NCBI GenBank assembly: GCA_947494155.1
Contig: CANLTW010000002.1
Span: 1,488-65,487, forward strand
Source of the DNA: Chlamydiota bacterium
Lineage (GTDB): Bacteria > Chlamydiota > Chlamydiia > Chlamydiales > RGXB01
Direction of reading: 5' to 3'
DNA length: 64,000 nucleotides
Below are positions 9,799 to 20,100 of the stretch, piece by piece. Under the pieces are notes generated by a model. It made no database searches. It was not told the DNA's origin and saw nothing but the letters and a program-made list of their open reading frames with translations. The first letter of the stretch is position 1. Every line of letters begins with the position of its first letter. The translations under genes and the position numbers were made by a program.

Positions 9799-9826
9799 AA
9801 AAAAAACACCCTCGAAAATGAGGGTG
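9799..9826 (-). terminator. Rho-independent terminator downstream of cydB; the hairpin is shared with the convergent rlmH
   Basis: A 7-bp GC-rich stem (CACCCTC at 9807-9813 and GAGGGTG at 9820-9826) encloses a 6-nt loop. Read on the minus strand, it is followed by a run of 8 T (9799-9806). Confidence 0.65.
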
Positions 9827-9857
9827 CTTGGCTTCAAAGCTCTTTGAACTAGATTGC

Positions 9858-10889
9858 CTAGTAGCTTGTTTTATGCAACGAGGTTTTCCCGCTAAATGTT
9901 TTATACAACCAGGCTCCATAAGCAAAAACCAGAGGCAAACCTAAACCTGCGGCAATCATTAGAATAATCAAGGTTGTTTGTGACACGGCTGTATTGTGTA
10001 GAGTCAGATTATACGATGGATCTAGACTAGAACGGATAATATTTGGATAAAAACCAATACTTGCCAATCCAAAAAGGGTGCTGATGTTCATGCAGGAGAA
10101 AATAAACGCCCACCCCTCCCTTTTTCGTTTAATCGCCTCATGGCACAGATAGACAAACGCAAAAATTAGAATAGGAAATAAGTAGAAGCTGATGTGATCA
10201 TCGTATCTTTCGTACATTTCCGGTACGTCTATCTCCATCGAAATGGAAGAGACAAAATAGCTGATCAAATAGAGAACCATATAAAAAGGAATTGCTTTTT
10301 TCACCCTTTCATAAAGTTCCCCTTCCGTCTTTAAGAGGAGAAAAACACCCCCGTGCATCGCAAAAAGGAATGCCCCCATAAAAGCGACATTGATAGGAAA
10401 AGGGCGTAAAAAAGAGAGAAAGTTTCCCGTAAAAAGGACCTCTCCTGCGTTATTAGTGAAAGGGACACCGGTAACCATTGAGCCAAGAAGGAGCGCTGCT
10501 CCAAACGTCATGATCAAAGAGGCTCCCCCAAAGACGATATCCCACGTAAGTCTCCACTTGGGATTTTCCACTTTAGAGCGAAATTCGATCGCTACAGCTC
10601 GTAAAATAATTCCAAATAAAAGGAACATGACAAGAGTATAGTATATGGAACATACGGCGGCATACGCGGGGGGAAAACCTGCAAAAAGGCCCCCGCCGAT
10701 GATGATCAACCACACCTCGTTACCATCCCAAAGGGGCCCGATGGTGTTGAGCATCAATCTTCTCTCCTGATCCGATTTCCCAAGATACAAAAGGCTTCCA
10801 ACCCCAAGGTCGAATCCATCCAACAGGATATACATCACTACAGCGCTGCAGATGACAAAATACCAAATGATCTCTAAATAATCGGTCAT
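9858..10889 (-). CDS. cydB: Cytochrome bd ubiquinol oxidase subunit II
   Basis: A polytopic membrane protein of 343 aa with a CydB-like start (LDGFDLGVG, GPLWDGNEVWL). It overlaps the cydA stop by 4 nt. Confidence 0.85.
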   Translation of the reverse strand: MTDYLEIIWYFVICSAVVMYILLDGFDLGVGSLLYLGKSDQERRLMLNTIGPLWDGNEVWLIIIGGGLFAGFPPAYAAVCSIYYTLVMFLLFGIILRAVAIEFRSKVENPKWRLTWDIVFGGASLIMTFGAALLLGSMVTGVPFTNNAGEVLFTGNFLSFLRPFPINVAFMGAFLFAMHGGVFLLLKTEGELYERVKKAIPFYMVLYLISYFVSSISMEIDVPEMYERYDDHISFYLFPILIFAFVYLCHEAIKRKREGWAFIFSCMNISTLFGLASIGFYPNIIRSSLDPSYNLTLHNTAVSQTTLIILMIAAGLGLPLVFAYGAWLYKTFSGKTSLHKTSY

Positions 10890-12274
10890 ATTTTAGTCTC
10901 CATTTTTCCATATAGATCCGCATCCTCTTCGTGCTCTCCACCAACAGGATCGGGTCCGTGTTGAATTTTCTTGTTCAATAAGAAGATAAACAGAGCAAAT
11001 AACAGGGTAAACATTATAGAAAACATGGTCAAAGAGCCCATGATTTGCGTGCTAGAGACAGAGGCATTCGTTACCCCGTCTTTGGTCCTCAAAAGCCCTT
11101 GTACAAGCCAAGGCTGGCGCCCTAGCTCTGCCGTCATCCAGCCAGTTAAATTTCCAGCATAGGGCAAAAGGACAGATGCGACACAGACCCTTAAAAGCCA
11201 CTTGGAATTCTCCATTTTCTTTTGTCGATAACGGATATAGGCCCAAAGAATGATAAACACCATCGCGCCCCAAGAGGCAATCATAATATGATAAGATTGG
11301 AAAACGAGCTGCACATTAGGCCTATCTTTAGGATCGGGCGCAAGCTCTTTAAGACCTTTTACAGGCTCTTTAAAATTTTCATTTGCCAAAAAACTCAATA
11401 CACCAGGAATTTTAAGCCCGTAAACTTTCTCGTTTTTTTCATCCACCCATCCAAAAAGGGAAATGGGAGAATATTCCTCTGTATCATATACCCCTTCAAG
11501 AGCCGCAAACTTAATCGGCTGATTCTTGTATACACCTCTTGCGGTCGAATCGGCAGAGATAAATTGTACAATAAGCATTACCGCTAAAAAGAGAATCGAG
11601 ATCCGCTGACACGTCTTTGCAAATAGCTGGTGTCTATTTTTAAGGACATAGTAGCTACTCACACTCAAAATTAAAAATCCCCCAAGCACCCAGCAACCAA
11701 TAAGAACATGGAAAATCCGATCCATGGTGGATGGTGTAAAATAGACCTTCCAAAGATCGACGATCACCGCCCTTTTTTGGGCCCCTGTTCCAATTATTTT
11801 GTACCCATCGGGAGTATGCATCCAGGAATTAGCCATAACAATCCATATGGCACTAAAGTGAGCTCCAAAAACAACCATACAAGTCGAAAGGTAATGCATC
11901 TTACGGCTCACCTTTTCCCATCCAAAAATCATAAAACCGATAAAGCTCGCTTCAAGAAAGAAAGCGAAAATCCCTTCCGGCGCCAATAGAGAACCAAAAA
12001 TATCCCCCACAAAAGTCGAAAACCTCGCCCAATTGTTTCCAAAAGAGAAGAGCTGTACGAAACCTGTCGCGACACCCATCGCGAAAAAAAGGGCAAAAAT
12101 TCGGGTCCAAAAACGGCAAACCTCTTTCATCTCCGGATCTTTTGTCTTTAGGTAGATCCCCTCAAAAATGACCAGCATCAATCCCAAACCTATACTCATA
12201 GGGGGGAAAAGATAGTGAAACGATATGGTCAACGCGTATTGAATGCGCGAAAGTATTAACGATAGTTCATCCAT
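10886..12274 (-). CDS. cydA: Cytochrome bd ubiquinol oxidase subunit I
   Basis: It has CydA motifs (SRIQYALTISFHYLFPP, Q-loop region, GWMTAELGRQPWLVQG). Length is 462 aa. Confidence 0.9.
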   Translation of the reverse strand: MDELSLILSRIQYALTISFHYLFPPMSIGLGLMLVIFEGIYLKTKDPEMKEVCRFWTRIFALFFAMGVATGFVQLFSFGNNWARFSTFVGDIFGSLLAPEGIFAFFLEASFIGFMIFGWEKVSRKMHYLSTCMVVFGAHFSAIWIVMANSWMHTPDGYKIIGTGAQKRAVIVDLWKVYFTPSTMDRIFHVLIGCWVLGGFLILSVSSYYVLKNRHQLFAKTCQRISILFLAVMLIVQFISADSTARGVYKNQPIKFAALEGVYDTEEYSPISLFGWVDEKNEKVYGLKIPGVLSFLANENFKEPVKGLKELAPDPKDRPNVQLVFQSYHIMIASWGAMVFIILWAYIRYRQKKMENSKWLLRVCVASVLLPYAGNLTGWMTAELGRQPWLVQGLLRTKDGVTNASVSSTQIMGSLTMFSIMFTLLFALFIFLLNKKIQHGPDPVGGEHEEDADLYGKMETKI

Positions 12275-12467
12275 ATTTTTATTCTTTACCCAGTCCGATG
12301 TTCCAAAATGTCTTAAAAACCCAAAAAAAGAAATGGGCTAAAAAAACTTTTTAAGCTCTATTGCGATATTTAACTCCAGAACGGTTTTTGTCTAGATTTA
12401 TTTTTTACCCTGGGTTAGGATAAAATAGAAAAGTTAGTGTCTATCATAACTGGGGTTTCTTTCTACA

Positions 12468-13265
12468 GTGCTACAATTTTCGTATATAGTTAGCTCATTT
12501 TTTGAAATCCTGATCATCTCAGTAATGATGAATTATCTTTTAGCTTTTTTCTGGAATACAAGAGCTTTGGATACCTTCATAGGCTTGTCTGCTTTCATCA
12601 CCCTTTACGCTCTCTCCAGCTGGCTTGATTTTCCCGTTTTGCACCAGATTCTTATTTTACTTACTAACGTTGCTTTGATCGCTGTAATAGTTATTTTCCA
12701 ACCCGAACTTAGGGTCGCACTTTCCAAACTCTCTTTTAAGGCAAAACGTTACAAAGAGATCCAAGAATTCGATCAATTTTTAGACGGTTTTGCCAAATCG
12801 GTTTTCAGTTTTGCAGACAAGGGGATCGGGGCTTTGATTGCTATTGAAAACGAAGACAGCCTTGAGGAATTTGGCCCAAAAGGGGTCTTGATGCATGCCC
12901 GCTTTTCGTCGGAGCTTTTGGAGTCCATATTTATCACCTCAACTCCGCTTCATGACGGTGCTGTTTTAATGCGTGAAAAAGAGATTATTGCTGCTGCAGT
13001 TATTCTTCCTCTCACCCAAGGCTCGGGTCTTGCTAAATCGATGGGGACGCGTCACCGAGCGGCTATAGGTTTATCCGAATTTTCGGATGCGATAGTGATT
13101 GTGGTATCAGAGGAGACCCATTTTGTATCGATTGCAAGAGATGGCATCTTGACTAAGAATATTAAAATAGACCGGTTCAAAGCGATTTTAAGAAGCATTT
13201 TTGCTCCAGAAAGAAGAGAGCAGATTGTCTGGTATAAAGAAATACTTGAGTGGTTCCGACAATGA
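12468..13265 (+). CDS. cdaA: Diadenylate cyclase (c-di-AMP synthase), membrane-anchored DAC domain
   Basis: Three N-terminal TM helices are followed by DisA_N/DAC motifs (GALIAIE, PLHDGAVLM, GTRHRAAIGLSE, VIVVSEET). It uses a GTG start and is followed by a YbbR-like gene. Confidence 0.85.
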   Translation: MLQFSYIVSSFFEILIISVMMNYLLAFFWNTRALDTFIGLSAFITLYALSSWLDFPVLHQILILLTNVALIAVIVIFQPELRVALSKLSFKAKRYKEIQEFDQFLDGFAKSVFSFADKGIGALIAIENEDSLEEFGPKGVLMHARFSSELLESIFITSTPLHDGAVLMREKEIIAAAVILPLTQGSGLAKSMGTRHRAAIGLSEFSDAIVIVVSEETHFVSIARDGILTKNIKIDRFKAILRSIFAPERREQIVWYKEILEWFRQ

Positions 13266-14503
13266 AGCAATTTTTACGCGATCTTTTTTTTGAGAACATC
13301 CCAAGAAAATTGGTAGCAATCCTCACCGCAATCATCATATTTTTCTTTGTGAACCAATCTTTGACAGTCACAAAAATTGTCAATAATGTCTCTATTCGTC
13401 TCATCAACGTACCAGTGCAAAAAACGGTCGAAGGGCTTCTTCCGAATGGATACATGACAAAAAAGATCGCTCTCACTCTTGTCGGAAAAAAATCTTTTTT
13501 AGAAGAGATCTCTTCTACCGATTTTGAGGTTGTGATTGATTTATCAGGTAAAAAGGAGAGTTTTACTGCGACAATTACAGAAAGAAACCTTATTTCTTTG
13601 AACCCGCAATTAAAAATCGCTCGTGATATCAGGAAGGTGTCTACAAGGCAGGTCTACATTCAGCTGCTGAACCTTGTGACAGATAAAGTCCCTGTCTACC
13701 TTTTAAAACCTTCTGGAGAGGCACCTAAAGGCTACCAGTTTGTCGACATACATCCCCATGTGGTCTTCGTCGACGTCTCAGGCCCCGATGACCTTATAAA
13801 AAAACTCAAAGGGCAAGGGCTTGTAAAAGTATTCAGCTTAAATGATATTTCTAGCGAAGATTTGGATGGGGTCGCTGCAAAAACTTCTAAAAATGATGTC
13901 TTGACCTACACTGTCCCCCTAGATCAATGTTTTGTATACATCCCCGCTCTCGCCCCGGACAAAAAATTCTATTTTGACCCCTCATCCGATAAAGTGAAAA
14001 TCGATTTTCTCAGAACGCAAAGTCTCCTTATTGATGCAAAAATCCCAGTAAGCTTTTTCATCCCCTCCAAACATCCTAAGGAGATCGACGTAACACAAGT
14101 GGCGATCCAGGAGAGTCCTACGGTTTCTACTTTTCTTGGTATGAAGGTACTTGCACCAAAAATTTACGCCAAAAACGTAAGTCAACCTTTCTTAGAGACA
14201 GTACAATCGATGATGCAGTTGATTATTGTCCCCCCCATTTTACTAGGGCAACGCCCAAGCTGGTCGATCGAATTTATTGGTTCAAAAGAGCTAGAAGAAA
14301 AGTACGTTACCAGAATGATCCAAGAAAGCTCCTCCAGACAAAACGACCAGCCCGAATCGATTCGTCGTGAGCTCTACAAATCCCGCTTCAGAAATTATAT
14401 GAACCAGATGGTTCTCACCCTAGAAGACGGTAGCTTGCTGGATTTTTCGATCCAATTTAAAAACTCTAAAATTACTCTGTTGTCGAAATCTGATGCCAGC
14501 TAA
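13250..14503 (+). CDS. YbbR/CdaR-like regulator of diadenylate cyclase
   Basis: It overlaps the cdaA 3' end. It has one N-terminal TM helix (LVAILTAIIIFFFV) followed by repeated beta-rich modules. The position after cdaA is conserved. The assignment is mainly by synteny. Confidence 0.55.
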   Translation: MVPTMKQFLRDLFFENIPRKLVAILTAIIIFFFVNQSLTVTKIVNNVSIRLINVPVQKTVEGLLPNGYMTKKIALTLVGKKSFLEEISSTDFEVVIDLSGKKESFTATITERNLISLNPQLKIARDIRKVSTRQVYIQLLNLVTDKVPVYLLKPSGEAPKGYQFVDIHPHVVFVDVSGPDDLIKKLKGQGLVKVFSLNDISSEDLDGVAAKTSKNDVLTYTVPLDQCFVYIPALAPDKKFYFDPSSDKVKIDFLRTQSLLIDAKIPVSFFIPSKHPKEIDVTQVAIQESPTVSTFLGMKVLAPKIYAKNVSQPFLETVQSMMQLIIVPPILLGQRPSWSIEFIGSKELEEKYVTRMIQESSSRQNDQPESIRRELYKSRFRNYMNQMVLTLEDGSLLDFSIQFKNSKITLLSKSDAS

Positions 14504-15206
14504 CCGCTATTTTTCCCCACAAGAGCTCTGTGTAGGTTCTGCTATTACTTTAGAAGCTGTTGAGGCCTTACATCTCAAAACCGTCATGCGTAATGAGGTG
14601 GGCGATAGTGTGGAAATCGTTAATGGAAAAGGGGTGCTAGGTTACGCTACTATCGAGGAAATTTCGAAAAAATCGGTGGTTCTAAAGATAGTGCACTCAG
14701 AGTATTTCCCCAAACCCAGGGATTGTATTCTAGGGATTGGTCTACTTGTTCAAGAGCGACTGGATCTTCTTTTAGAAAAAGGTTGTGAGTTGGGATTAAC
14801 TAAAATCTGTTTAATTCGGATGCAAAATACGACTAAGGGGGGATTCACTGACGGTCAAATCGACAGAATGCACAGGGTTTTAATCGCTTCTTTAAAACAA
14901 TCGGGTAGGTTTTGGCTTCCACAAATTGACCTTGTCCCCTCCCTTGAGGATTTTCTTCAAGAGGATGTATGTATCTATTTTGGTGATATCGACCCCTCGT
15001 CTCCCCCGTTTTTTGAGGTATTTGATCTCAAATCACCATTTAAACTTCTTATAGGCCCTGCAAAAGGGTTTACCTTAGAAGAGGTGCATCTACTAAAACA
15101 CAGAAAAAATGCTACAGGCGTTTATTTGAGCGATGCAATCTTGCGAGCAGAAACAGCAGCAATTCTCTTTTTAGGTCTTGCTAACCATGCTTTTTTGCTA
15201 AAATGA
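14493..15206 (+). CDS. rsmE: 16S rRNA (uracil1498-N3)-methyltransferase RsmE
   Basis: It has a PUA-like N-terminus (ANRYFSPQE...HLKTVMR..GDSVEIVNGKG) and a SPOUT C-terminus (LLIGPAKGFTLEE...LSDAILRAETAA). Confidence 0.75.
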   Translation: MPANRYFSPQELCVGSAITLEAVEALHLKTVMRNEVGDSVEIVNGKGVLGYATIEEISKKSVVLKIVHSEYFPKPRDCILGIGLLVQERLDLLLEKGCELGLTKICLIRMQNTTKGGFTDGQIDRMHRVLIASLKQSGRFWLPQIDLVPSLEDFLQEDVCIYFGDIDPSSPPFFEVFDLKSPFKLLIGPAKGFTLEEVHLLKHRKNATGVYLSDAILRAETAAILFLGLANHAFLLK

Positions 15207-16926
15207 CCCCATTTAGCGGATCAAGGGTGACAAAAAGACCCTTATGTATTGCCCTCAAATCTCCACGAGCTCTATAAATACAAGGGATATTCAGCCCTTT
15301 CATCGCTTCAAGGAAATCTTTCTCCTCCTCACCATTTTCCTGCTGGCCGGTAAAAATTACACCTGCAGCATATTTGAGGATAGGGAGGTATCTTTTTTGG
15401 AAGTCGATTAAAAGAACGATATTATTTTTCGCTACATGGGGTGCAATCGGGTTAAGGGGGTAGTTATGGACAATCGGAGCCTCAATAATTTGGTCTCCTA
15501 ACCCCACTCCCCTAAGTAATACCTCCCCGATATTGATTAATTGTATGGTGTTCGTCGTCCCCGGGCGATGGAATGGAAAGCCAAAAGTGACTACCAATAG
15601 GTCCCCTAGTTCCACCCACCCCTTTTCCAAAGCTATTTTTGAGGCAACATTCAACCCCTCTTCCAGATTTTTGTAACTGCCCAAAATTGGGTAGACGCCC
15701 CACTGAATAGCCATGCGGTGGAAGGTTCTTTTTGAAATTGTTAACGCAAAAATAGGATTTGCAGGCCTAAGTGAGCTGATGGAAGAGGCCGATCGTCCAG
15801 TTGTGGAAAAAGTAAAAATCCCTTTTGCATTTGAGTGCATCGATAGTCCAACCGCTCCGTAGGAGATCGCTATATTCATGTCGATATGGTTTTTTGGAGA
15901 CTTCTCAAAAAAACTTAGATTGAAGTCGATATGCTTCTCGGCATCAACTACAATCCGGCGCATCTGTTGAACCGTTTCCAGCGGGTATTTACCAACAGCC
16001 GTTTCGCCCGATAGCATCACAGCTGAAGCCGATTCAAATATTGCATTTGCCACATCGCTCACTTCTGCACGAGTAGGTCTGGGGTTTTCAATCATTGATT
16101 CGAGCATTTGCGTGGCAACAATCGTAAATTTATTCCATTCCTGAGCCTTTTGTAGCAGCATCTTTTGGACGAAAGGGAGCGCCTCAATTTTCATTTCGAT
16201 CCCTAGATCCCCTCTTGCTACCATAATCCCGTCAGCCTCTTGCAAGATCGATTCGTAATTGTTCAAAGAGTTTAATGTTTCGATCTTTGCTATCACCCCC
16301 ACATCCTCGTATCCGTTTTCCAAGAGCAGTTGCTTGATAGCTAGAATATTAGCACGCGAGTTTACAAAGGAGGCGGCAATCAGATCTATGCCGTTCTTGA
16401 TACCAAAAAGGATATCCTTGCGGTCCTGCTCCGTTATTTCGGGGATATCTAGGTGGGCCTCTGGAATATGGCAATTTTTATTTTGCTTCAAAATTCTCTC
16501 ATTTTTAAAAGAGATTTTTACCCCGTCTTCATCTTTACCCACACAATGTGCGACAAGGTACCCATCGTCAAAAAAGAGCTCCATTCCCGGCTCAATCTTG
16601 TGCACCACATCGCTTGGGCGTAAGTGAAAATCTCCCTTAGGTCCAAGAAGATAGATTTTATCTTTTTGAATTTTCAGCTCTTTTTCGGGCAAAGGCTCCA
16701 CGCGGACTTCGTACCCTTTTGTATCCAGCATCATAGCGACGGCCTCTTTGAGCTCGTCACGAATTTTCTCAATCCGTTGAATTATCTCAAGGTGCTCCTC
16801 ATGCGTCCCGTGGCTGAAATTTAACCGAAACACATTGACTCCAGACTTGATAAGACTTCTTATCATATCCTCCGTTTTTGTGCTTGGTCCTAACGTCGCG
16901 ATGATTTTGGTTCTTGGATGGTCCAT
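15181..16926 (-). CDS. pyk: Pyruvate kinase with an extra C-terminal PEP-utilizer-like domain
   Basis: PK motifs are present (KIIATLGPST, NFSHG, MVARGDLGIE, ATQMLESM, MLSGETA). At 581 aa it is about 100 aa longer than the core PK. Its 3' end overlaps convergent rsmE by 26 nt. Confidence 0.9.
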   Translation of the reverse strand: MDHPRTKIIATLGPSTKTEDMIRSLIKSGVNVFRLNFSHGTHEEHLEIIQRIEKIRDELKEAVAMMLDTKGYEVRVEPLPEKELKIQKDKIYLLGPKGDFHLRPSDVVHKIEPGMELFFDDGYLVAHCVGKDEDGVKISFKNERILKQNKNCHIPEAHLDIPEITEQDRKDILFGIKNGIDLIAASFVNSRANILAIKQLLLENGYEDVGVIAKIETLNSLNNYESILQEADGIMVARGDLGIEMKIEALPFVQKMLLQKAQEWNKFTIVATQMLESMIENPRPTRAEVSDVANAIFESASAVMLSGETAVGKYPLETVQQMRRIVVDAEKHIDFNLSFFEKSPKNHIDMNIAISYGAVGLSMHSNAKGIFTFSTTGRSASSISSLRPANPIFALTISKRTFHRMAIQWGVYPILGSYKNLEEGLNVASKIALEKGWVELGDLLVVTFGFPFHRPGTTNTIQLINIGEVLLRGVGLGDQIIEAPIVHNYPLNPIAPHVAKNNIVLLIDFQKRYLPILKYAAGVIFTGQQENGEEEKDFLEAMKGLNIPCIYRARGDLRAIHKGLFVTLDPLNGVILAKKHG

Positions 16927-17136
16927 ATACTGGTTTATCGCTAAAGTCCCCTTTAAATAGCAAAAAATATCTCGATCTTTTTTCTATTACCCATTCTCCT
17001 TTCAAAAAATTTGCCAGAGCTTTCACCTAATACACAGTGAATATCAGGAAAAAACCGGCCAAAATAATCCCGATAACCGCTATATTGGAATCTCGACACC
17101 TTGGGTTACCCCCTTAATAAAGGCTATTATTTTCCT

Positions 17137-20100
17137 ATGCCCCATGAAGAGATCATCCTCAAAAACGTTTGCGTTCACAACCTAAAAGGGGTAGATCTCA
17201 CCCTAAAAACAAACCAACTGATTGTTTTTGCAGGGGTATCGGGTTCGGGGAAATCGTCTTTAGCTTTCGACACCATTTATCTTGAAGGTCAAAGACGGTA
17301 CTTAGAGTCTTTAACTACCTTTGCTAAGCGCCATATTGGGGGATTAAAAAAACCCCAAGCCGATTTGATCCAGGGTTTAACCCCTTGCATAGCAATTGAG
17401 CAAAAAACTATCGGGCGAAACCCCAGATCCACTGTGGGTACCATGACTGGCATATACGATTTTTTACGAGTTTTGTATGCTCGGGTGGGGCTCCCCCGTT
17501 GCCCGGATTCTTTAGAGGTGCTCTCAAAACTTTCAAAAGAAAAAATTCACCAAATTATCCTTCAGGATCACTTGGGCGAGGCGATCTATATTTTGGCTCC
17601 GGTGATTGAAAACAAACGGACTGAGAGCAAAGAGTTGATCCAAGGTTTTTATAAAAAAGGATACACCCAAGCCCGTTTGAACGGCAAATGGATCGAACTT
17701 GATAGCGAAACCGAAATTGATCAGCACCAAAACACTCAGCTTCAGATTGTTGTAGATCGAATCAAAGTTGAGATCAAAGGGGAAAAAAGGCTGATGGAGG
17801 CAATTGACAACGCCTTGCGCATCGGCCAAAAGAAAATGTCAATTGTAGATAGAGATTCGGGTAAAGAGAGTTTTTTTTCGACCGAGAGCTACTCTTTTCT
17901 CTCCAAAAAAGGCTATCCGACACTTGAGCCTTTTCATTTTTCTTTTAATCATCCTGAGGGTATGTGTCCCGACTGCCAGGGTCTGGGGACAGAAAAAACC
18001 TTTCATTTAGAGGGGCTCATTGACTTTGAAAAAAGCATCCCCGAGGGTGCTCTAGATGCGATCACCCCTTTTGCAACCCAAATCTGGGGAAATATCTATA
18101 CCAACTTGGCTAAAATCGGCAGATTTAACCTAAATACCCCCCTTAAAGATCTCCCCGATAAAGCTAAAAAAATTCTTTTTGATGGTGTCGAAGAGAAATA
18201 CCTCACTATGACATTCATCCACCCCAAAACCAAGGAGAGATCAACCCAGTATATTTCCTGGAAAGGGATTAAGGATGAACTAAAAAAACGCTATAATGAG
18301 GCAAAAAGCGATCAGTACAAAGAGAAGCTTAAAGAGTTTGTAATCGATATCCCCTGTTCGGCATGTCAAGGCGCGCGCATTGATCGCTTCCCACGAGTGA
18401 CCCTTTTTCAAGGCAAGATGATCCATGAGCTTACTTTTTATTCCCTCTTAGAGCTCCAAGAATTTTTCTTAAATTGTACTCTAGATCCTTTAGACGTCCC
18501 GATTGCCCAGGAGCTGATTCGCGAAATACAAAGAAGACTCTTTTTTCTCATCGATGTCGGAGTGGGCTACCTCTCGCTCGAGAGAACCTCCTCCACATTA
18601 AGTGGTGGAGAGGCGCAAAGAGTACGGCTGGCCTCACAGTTAGGTCAGGGGCTGGTGGGAACGACCTATATCTTGGATGAACCGAGCATTGGTCTTCATC
18701 CAGCCGATAATCTCAAACTTTTAAAAACTTTGAGGAACCTTACCCAACAAGGTAATACCGTAATTGTTGTCGAACATGACGAGGAGACGATTCGCCATGC
18801 CGATACAATCGTCGATGTGGGACCCTACGGCGGCGAAGCAGGGGGACGAATTGTCGGTTTTGGAAAGGTTCAAGATCTGATGGAAGCTAAGGAATCGATT
18901 ACCGGAAAATATCTTAGTCGAAGCAGTCAGATTCCCGTCCCTAAAAAAAGGAGAAAACCCACAGGATTTCTTCAAATCAAAGGGGCATCCCACCATAATC
19001 TAAAAAATATCGATGTGGCCTTCCCCTTAGGTGTTTTTTGTGCCGTGACAGGGGTCTCCGGATCGGGGAAGTCCTCACTGGTAAATGATATCCTCTACCC
19101 TGTAGCGAGCAACCACTTGATGCAGTCGAGACTTTCTCATGGAGCTTATGCAGGGATAGAGGGGTTAGAGCAGCTCGATAAGGTGATCATGATCGATCAA
19201 CAACCTATTGGGAAAACCCCTAGATCTAACCCGGCAACCTACATCAAAGTCTTCGATGCCATCCGGGATTTATTTGCCTCCCTACCCGAAAGTCTGGCCT
19301 TAGGATTCAAAGCAGGACGTTTCAGTTTCAATGTCAAAGAGGGCTCCTGTCTTACCTGCAAAGGGATGGGTCTCATCCGGATTGATATGGACTTTTTGGA
19401 GGATAGCTGGGTGGAGTGCCCCCACTGTGCCGGAGAGCGATTTGATCCAAGAACTCTGTCCGTCAAGTTTAAAGGGAAAAATATCTATGAGGTTCTAGAA
19501 CTAAGTGTTGATGAGGCGCTTACCCTTTTTGCTGCAATCCCGATGATTGCCAAAAAACTCGAAACTCTTCAGCAAGTGGGTTTGGGCTATATGAAAATTG
19601 GCCAGTCATCCACCACTCTATCGGGGGGTGAAGCCCAGCGAATCAAGCTGGCCAAAGAGCTTTCTCGACCCAGCACCTCTAAAACGTTGTATCTTCTTGA
19701 CGAGCCCTCTACGGGTTTGCACTTTGATGACATCAAAAAAATGATCAAAATTCTAGAGAGGCTTGTTGATAAACAAAACACTGTTGTAGTGATTGAGCAC
19801 AATCTTGACCTGATCAAGATAGCCGACTGGATCATCGATTTAGGACCCAAAGGGGGAAAAGAGGGTGGCTTTATCATGGGAGAGGGCACCCCGGAGATGT
19901 TGAGTGAAAAAAGCTCTCTAACAGGGCAATTTGTGAAGGACGCCTTAAACGACTCTCTTCAATTTTACACGCATCAGGTGGTGAGCGATGAAAAACCTAT
20001 CACCCATATCGAGGTAAAAAATGCGACGCAAAATCACCTTAAAAATATCGATATTACGATCGAAAGAAATGAAATCACCGCCTTCACTGGCCCCTCAGGT

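Noticed and set aside
17101-17136. A TTG start for uvrA 12 codons upstream.
   Set aside because: The UvrA N-terminus conventionally begins just before the first Walker A strand (..IILKNVCVHNLK). The ATG at 17137 fits this. The TTG extension cannot be excluded without 5' mapping.
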